Shown here piece by piece: positions 14,441 to 18,827 of a DNA stretch of 18,827 nucleotides (the stretch's first letter is position 1; each line of letters begins with the position of its first letter). The stretch covers positions 6,630-25,456 of the forward strand of contig PLCF01000087.1 in the NCBI GenBank assembly GCA_003135555.1, in the 5' to 3' direction. Both the position numbers and the translations under genes were made by a program. The DNA is from Vulcanimicrobiota bacterium. Lineage in GTDB: Bacteria; Vulcanimicrobiota; Vulcanimicrobiia; Vulcanimicrobiales; Vulcanimicrobiaceae. A model generated the notes under the pieces. The model saw nothing but the letters and a program-made list of their open reading frames with translations. It made no database searches and was not told the origin of the DNA.

Positions 14441-15867
14441 ACGTCGCGCCGATCCGCGCCCGCCCCGATCCCGCGCGGCTGTTGCCCTGGGTTTGCGCCG
14501 CCGCGATCGTCGCCTGGCAAACCGCCGTTGCACTGCAGTTTCCGCCGCGCGACGGCGATCTGCTGTGGCAGCGCTGGCTCGGCGAGCGCATCCTGCGCGA
14601 GCACGCGATCCCGCGAACGCTGGGACCCGAGACGTTCGCCGCCGAGGGCGTGCGCTGGACGCCGCACGAGTGGCTGTTCTCGACCGTCCTTGCGTGGAGC
14701 GGCGATCACGGTGCCGCCTGGCTCGTCCCGTTGATCTGCGCGCTCGCGGCCGGCGTCGCGTTGGCGACGGTCGCGCTGCGCTGCGCGCGGCGCGGCGTCC
14801 CGGGCACGACCGCGTCCGCCGCGGTGCTGCTGTGCGGGTTGGCGACGATTCAGTCGTTCGGGCCGCGCGCGCAAGTGCTCGGGTGGGCCGCCCTCGGCAG
14901 CGTGGTGCTGCTGCTGGAAACCGAAGGTCCGTGGGCCTGGGCTGCCGTGCCCGTCACGGTAATGTGGGCAAATCTGCACGCGAGCGCGTTTCTGGCGCCC
15001 GCAGTTGCCACGCTGTTCGCGCTTTCGGCGTTGCTGCGCGACCGCGCCTGGTCGCCGGCGGTTCGGCGCGCGGCGGCGCTGGCAGCGGCCTGCGGCGCCG
15101 CGACGCTCGCGACACCGCTCGGAACGGACCTCGTGCGGTACGCCGTGGAGCTCACGACGAGCCCGATCCGCCAGTCGATCAGCGAGTGGGGCCCGACGAG
15201 CATGAGCAGCGTCGCGTTTGCGGCCGGCGCGTTGCCGCTCGTCGTGTTGCTCGCAGCGTTCGGCGTCCGGGCGTCGCTGCGGGATCGCCTCCTGGCGGCC
15301 ACGTTCACCGTGCTGCTGTTTGCCGCGGTCCGGAACGTCGCCGTCTTCGCCATCGTCGCGGCACCGATCGCGCTCGCCGCGCTGCCCCGCATCGGCCGGT
15401 CCACCACCGCACCTCGCGGCGTGGCGTGGGCGACGCTCGCGCTCGTCGCGTGCTGCGGGGCGGCGATCTCGTTGCTCACCTGGCGCGGGGCGCCGGCGTT
15501 CGCCGGGGCGCTGCCGCAGGGGACGGCGCAAGCGCTGCTGGCCGGCGCGCGGACGCCGCCGCGCGTCTTCTGCGAAGACTTCGCCTGGTGCAGCCTGTTC
15601 CTGGGCCGGCCGGTGCGGTTCTTCATGGACGGGCGCTGCGATCCGTATCCGGGCCCGGTCTGGCAGGCGTACCGCGAGGTGATCGACGGCAACCGGCACT
15701 GGGCCGAGGTCCTGGACCGCGAGCGGATCGACGCGGTGCTGGTGCGCCGTGACGGCGCGCTCGAAAGCCTGCTCGCCGAGCGCCGCGGCGCGTGGCGGCG
15801 CATCGCCTCCGATCGCGTCTCCGCGCTGTACGTACGCGCACCGCTGCTGGCGCGGCTGCGGACGTGA
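14437..15867 (+). CDS. Polytopic membrane protein, probable GT-C-fold glycosyltransferase
   Basis: GTGA overlap with the upstream gene. DGDLLWQRWLGERIL...IP...G.RWTPHEWLF in the first loop, WANLHAS, ISEWGP, and a C-terminal soluble domain FFMDGRCDPY...W..VLDRERIDAVLV. The acidic DxD after TM1 is typical of GT-C. Confidence 0.72.
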   Translation: MNVAPIRARPDPARLLPWVCAAAIVAWQTAVALQFPPRDGDLLWQRWLGERILREHAIPRTLGPETFAAEGVRWTPHEWLFSTVLAWSGDHGAAWLVPLICALAAGVALATVALRCARRGVPGTTASAAVLLCGLATIQSFGPRAQVLGWAALGSVVLLLETEGPWAWAAVPVTVMWANLHASAFLAPAVATLFALSALLRDRAWSPAVRRAAALAAACGAATLATPLGTDLVRYAVELTTSPIRQSISEWGPTSMSSVAFAAGALPLVVLLAAFGVRASLRDRLLAATFTVLLFAAVRNVAVFAIVAAPIALAALPRIGRSTTAPRGVAWATLALVACCGAAISLLTWRGAPAFAGALPQGTAQALLAGARTPPRVFCEDFAWCSLFLGRPVRFFMDGRCDPYPGPVWQAYREVIDGNRHWAEVLDRERIDAVLVRRDGALESLLAERRGAWRRIASDRVSALYVRAPLLARLRT

Positions 15868-16988
15868 GCGCAGCGCGCGAAACGCTCTTGCCCCTCACCT
15901 CGCTGCGCTTCGTCGCGGCGCTGCTCGTGTTTTCATGGCACTGCGTGCCGACCCGGCGCATCTCCGCGATGTTCTCGTTCGGCTACATCGGCGTCGCGTT
16001 CTTCTTTCTGCTGTCCGGCTTCATCCTCACCTACACCTATCACCAGACGTTTCGCGACCGGCTGAGACCCGCCGCGATCCGCGCGTTCTATGCCGCGCGG
16101 TTCGCCCGGGTCTATCCGCTGCATCTCGCGACGATGCCGCTGATGCTCGCGGTGCTCGCGTACCTGGGGACGGACAGCTTGTGGAGCGGCGTCGACCCGC
16201 AGACGCGGCTCCGCGCCGTCGCGGCGCAGGCGCTGCTCGTGCAAAGCTGGATCGCGGCGGTTCCGATATCGTTCGGCGTCAACGGGCCGGCGTGGAGCAT
16301 CTCGGTCGAGGCGTTCTTCTACGCACTCTTTCCGTTCGTCGCGTTCGGGTTGCTGCGGGCGTTCCGCGGGTCGCCGCCGCACGTTGTGCTGCTGGGCGCG
16401 GGCGCCCTGTGGCTCGTCCAGGCGTTGCTGCTATGGCCGCAGCCCGCCGTCGTCGACGACTGGCGCTGGTATGTCTTTCCGCCGAGCCGGTTGATCGACT
16501 TCGTGGTCGGGATGCTGCTGGGGATCGCGTTCGTCGGAGCGCGGGAATCGCAGCGCCGGCGGCTGCACGCGACCAGCCTCGAAATGTTCGCGATCGCCGG
16601 CGTGTGCCTGGCGGTGTACGTTTCGCCGTTCGTGCCGCTGTCGATGCGCTTTTCAGCCTGGGTGATGCCGGCCTGGTGCGGCGTGATCTACGTGTTCGCG
16701 CAGCGGCGCGGCGCCATCTCACGGGTTCTGTCTTGGGCGCCGCTGGTACGCTTGGGCGAGATCAGCTTCGCGTTCTACCTGTGCCACCTCATGGTCGTCA
16801 AGCTCGTCGACGGCCGCGTCGGGTGGGATCACCCGCTTTCCCTGACGCTGGCATTCGGCGGCACGCTGGCGCTGAGCTTCGCACTCCACCACGGGGTCGA
16901 GCGGCCGCTGCGAACGCGCGTCCGCGCGCTGCTCGCACGGCCCGGACCACGCGCGATCGGCGTTCCCGCAGCTGCGGTGGGCCGGTAA
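15864..16988 (+). CDS. Acyltransferase family 3 (OafA-like O-acyltransferase), copy 1
   Basis: GTGA overlap. LTSLRFVAALLVFSWH, GVAFFFLLSGFIL, FYAARFARVYPLH, NGPAWSISVEAFFY and LGEISFAFYLCH. Confidence 0.92.
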   Translation: MSAARETLLPLTSLRFVAALLVFSWHCVPTRRISAMFSFGYIGVAFFFLLSGFILTYTYHQTFRDRLRPAAIRAFYAARFARVYPLHLATMPLMLAVLAYLGTDSLWSGVDPQTRLRAVAAQALLVQSWIAAVPISFGVNGPAWSISVEAFFYALFPFVAFGLLRAFRGSPPHVVLLGAGALWLVQALLLWPQPAVVDDWRWYVFPPSRLIDFVVGMLLGIAFVGARESQRRRLHATSLEMFAIAGVCLAVYVSPFVPLSMRFSAWVMPAWCGVIYVFAQRRGAISRVLSWAPLVRLGEISFAFYLCHLMVVKLVDGRVGWDHPLSLTLAFGGTLALSFALHHGVERPLRTRVRALLARPGPRAIGVPAAAVGR

Positions 16989-16992
16989 GACC

Positions 16993-18120
16993 GTGGCCGG
17001 CGAGCGGGTTCGGATCGAGCTCGATGCGCTCACCGCGCTGCGGTTCTTCGCAGCGCTGCTCGTGTTCGTCTACCACTGCGCGCCCACGGCCGCGTTTGCC
17101 ACCCAGTTTGCGCTCGGCCACAGCGGGGTCGGCTTTTTCTTCCTGCTCTCCGGTTTCATCTTGACGTACACCTATCATCCGGTGTTCGGCGGAGTGTTGG
17201 ATTGGCAGGCGGTTCGCGCGTTCTACGTCGCGCGCATCGCACGCATCTACCCGGTGCATCTCGTCGCGACGGGCTTCGCCGCGCTGGTGCTGTGGCGGTT
17301 CGGCGGCAACGTCTGGGACGCGTCCGGTGTGACGACGCGGGAAGTAGCCGCCGCCGCCCAACTGCTGCTGGTGCAATCCTGGATCCCCAACGAAAACGTC
17401 TATCTCGGGATCAATGCTCCGGCATGGAGCATCTCGACGGAGATGTTCTTCTACGCGGCGTTCCCGTTCGTCGTGCGCTCGTTGCTGCGCTCGTTCGGCC
17501 TGAGCACGCCGCGCGTGATCTGGGTCGCGGCGGCGATGCCCTGGGCGATCGAGGTCGCCGTCGCGCTCGTCCCGCATCCGGTCGCCGTCTGGACCGCGTA
17601 CGTGCTGCCGCCGGTGCGCTTGGCCGACTTCGTCGTCGGCATGCTGTTGGGGATTGCATTCGTGCGTTCCGCACCGGCTGCGCGGAGCGCCGCGCGCGCG
17701 ACGGGCCTGGAGGGACTGGCGCTGGCCGGCGTGGTCGCCGCGATCGCGGTCTCACCGTTTGCGCCGACTGCGCTGCGCTACTCGCTGTTCCTCATGCCGT
17801 TCTGGGCGGTGCTCATCGCGGTCTTCGTGCACCAGGCCGGCGCGCTTTCCGGAGTGCTGCGACGGCCCGCGTTCGTTGCGTTGGGTCGCGCGAGCTTCGC
17901 GTTCTACTTGATTCACTGGCCGGTGATCGCGATCGTCGGCGCGACCTTGGGCTGGACGCACCCCACCCTGGCGATCGCCGTCGCTTTCGCGCTGAGCATC
18001 GCCGGCAGCTTCGCGCTGTTCCATCTGGTCGAGCAGCCGATGCGCGCTCGCCTCCGCGCCGTGCTGGCACCGCGGGCGAGCGTGCCGCGCTACGCCGCGT
18101 TGGCGCCGCGCGAAGCATGA
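16993..18120 (+). CDS. Acyltransferase family 3 (OafA-like O-acyltransferase), copy 2
   Basis: LDALTALRFFAALLVFVYH, GVGFFFLLSGFIL, FYVARIARIYPVH, NAPAWSISTEMFFY and LGRASFAFYLIH. Confidence 0.92.
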   Translation: MAGERVRIELDALTALRFFAALLVFVYHCAPTAAFATQFALGHSGVGFFFLLSGFILTYTYHPVFGGVLDWQAVRAFYVARIARIYPVHLVATGFAALVLWRFGGNVWDASGVTTREVAAAAQLLLVQSWIPNENVYLGINAPAWSISTEMFFYAAFPFVVRSLLRSFGLSTPRVIWVAAAMPWAIEVAVALVPHPVAVWTAYVLPPVRLADFVVGMLLGIAFVRSAPAARSAARATGLEGLALAGVVAAIAVSPFAPTALRYSLFLMPFWAVLIAVFVHQAGALSGVLRRPAFVALGRASFAFYLIHWPVIAIVGATLGWTHPTLAIAVAFALSIAGSFALFHLVEQPMRARLRAVLAPRASVPRYAALAPREA

Positions 18121-18827
18121 ACGCCTCGATCGCCGCACCGGCCCACCCGCGTGTGCGCGCGCTGCCGCTGCGCACGTTCCTGTGGGTTTGGTCGGCGGCG
18201 GTCGCGCTGGTCATCGCCGCGTGCAGCGGCTGGTCGATCGGCCACGGCGGCGGCGACTGGCGGGTCTTCGTCGCTGCGGGGTCGCTCGCCGGGACCCCGG
18301 CGCTCCTCGATCCGCCCGAAGCTTGGCAGTCGTTCTTCTATCTGCCGGGCGCCGCATGGGCGCTCGTCCCGTTCGCACACCTTCCGCTCGCGCTCAGCTT
18401 CGCGCTCAACGGCGCGTTCATGCTGGGCTGCGCCGCGGCCGCCGGCGTCGTCGCGGCGCGGACCTATGCGTTATCGCGCACGACCGCCGTCGCGACGTTT
18501 GTGCTGTGGTCCCCGGTCGTGTACGCGGCCGCGATCATCGGCCAGAACGCCCCGCTGGGGCTGCTCCTCGCGCAGCTCTCGATCGCGGGCCTGGCGGCGC
18601 GCTCCGTCGCGCTGACCGCGATTCCGATCGGACTGCTGATGTACAAGCCCACCTACGCGCTGCCGATGATCGGGCTGCTGCTCGTCCGCGGACGGCGGCG
18701 CGAGCTGGCCGTCGTCGGCGCGTTCGCCGCGGTGTGGTACGGGATCAGCGCGGCAGCGACCGGCGGAGACTGGAGCTGGCCGAGCGCGTGGGCGCACCTG
18801 CTCGCGCGCTTCGCCGCCGGCGACTTC
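18117..18827 (+). CDS. GT87/DUF2029-like GT-C glycosyltransferase, 3' end beyond the window
   Basis: Not in the ORF track. ATG 18117 overlaps the upstream stop. MNASIAAP...GGGDWRVFVAAG...FFYLPGAAWALVPFAHLP...IIGQNAPL...LLMYKPTY shows the D-W/F, FxYxP, GQ and KP motifs. Open to the window end. Confidence 0.82.
   Translation, partial: MNASIAAPAHPRVRALPLRTFLWVWSAAVALVIAACSGWSIGHGGGDWRVFVAAGSLAGTPALLDPPEAWQSFFYLPGAAWALVPFAHLPLALSFALNGAFMLGCAAAAGVVAARTYALSRTTAVATFVLWSPVVYAAAIIGQNAPLGLLLAQLSIAGLAARSVALTAIPIGLLMYKPTYALPMIGLLLVRGRRRELAVVGAFAAVWYGISAAATGGDWSWPSAWAHLLARFAAGDF

Noticed and set aside
13120..15867. 915-aa ORF as a giant fused protein
   Set aside because: Its first ~440 aa are Arg/Gly-rich off-frame read-through of the GT87-like gene. 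The real gene starts at the GTG 14437 overlap.
1..18827. CRISPR array, tRNA/rRNA, transposase/integrase, or conjugative T4SS interpretation of the ATPase
   Set aside because: No spaced repeats, RNA gene signatures or recombinase motifs were seen. The ATPase context (flp, cpaA, cpaB, tadB, tadC, cpaC) is clearly Tad.

Overview
High-GC window holding a Tad (Flp/type IVc) pilus locus from a diderm bacterium (it encodes a secretin; the gene style is reminiscent of Eremiobacterota, which is only an impression). Left end: a tadG-like minor pilin/adhesin with an Asn/Ser-rich repeat domain (minus strand, runs off the window). It is divergent from a compact MalT-like ATPase/wHTH/BTAD regulator that is translationally coupled to an unknown single-pass membrane protein. 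Centre: a leftward, tightly coupled operon of secreted protein, flp1, a 39-aa leaderless pilin-like ORF, flp2, cpaA, cpaB, a cpaE-cpaF fusion, tadB, tadC, a second A24 peptidase and DUF192. Right: the secretin cpaC is transcribed divergently and heads a stop/start-overlapped operon of three GT-C-type membrane glycosyltransferases and two acyltransferase-3 paralogs, which suggests a pilus-linked glycosylation/O-acylation system. Both divergent intergenic regions carry an 11-bp-period direct repeat that may be the operator of the BTAD regulator. No RNA genes, CRISPR arrays or mobile elements were recognised.
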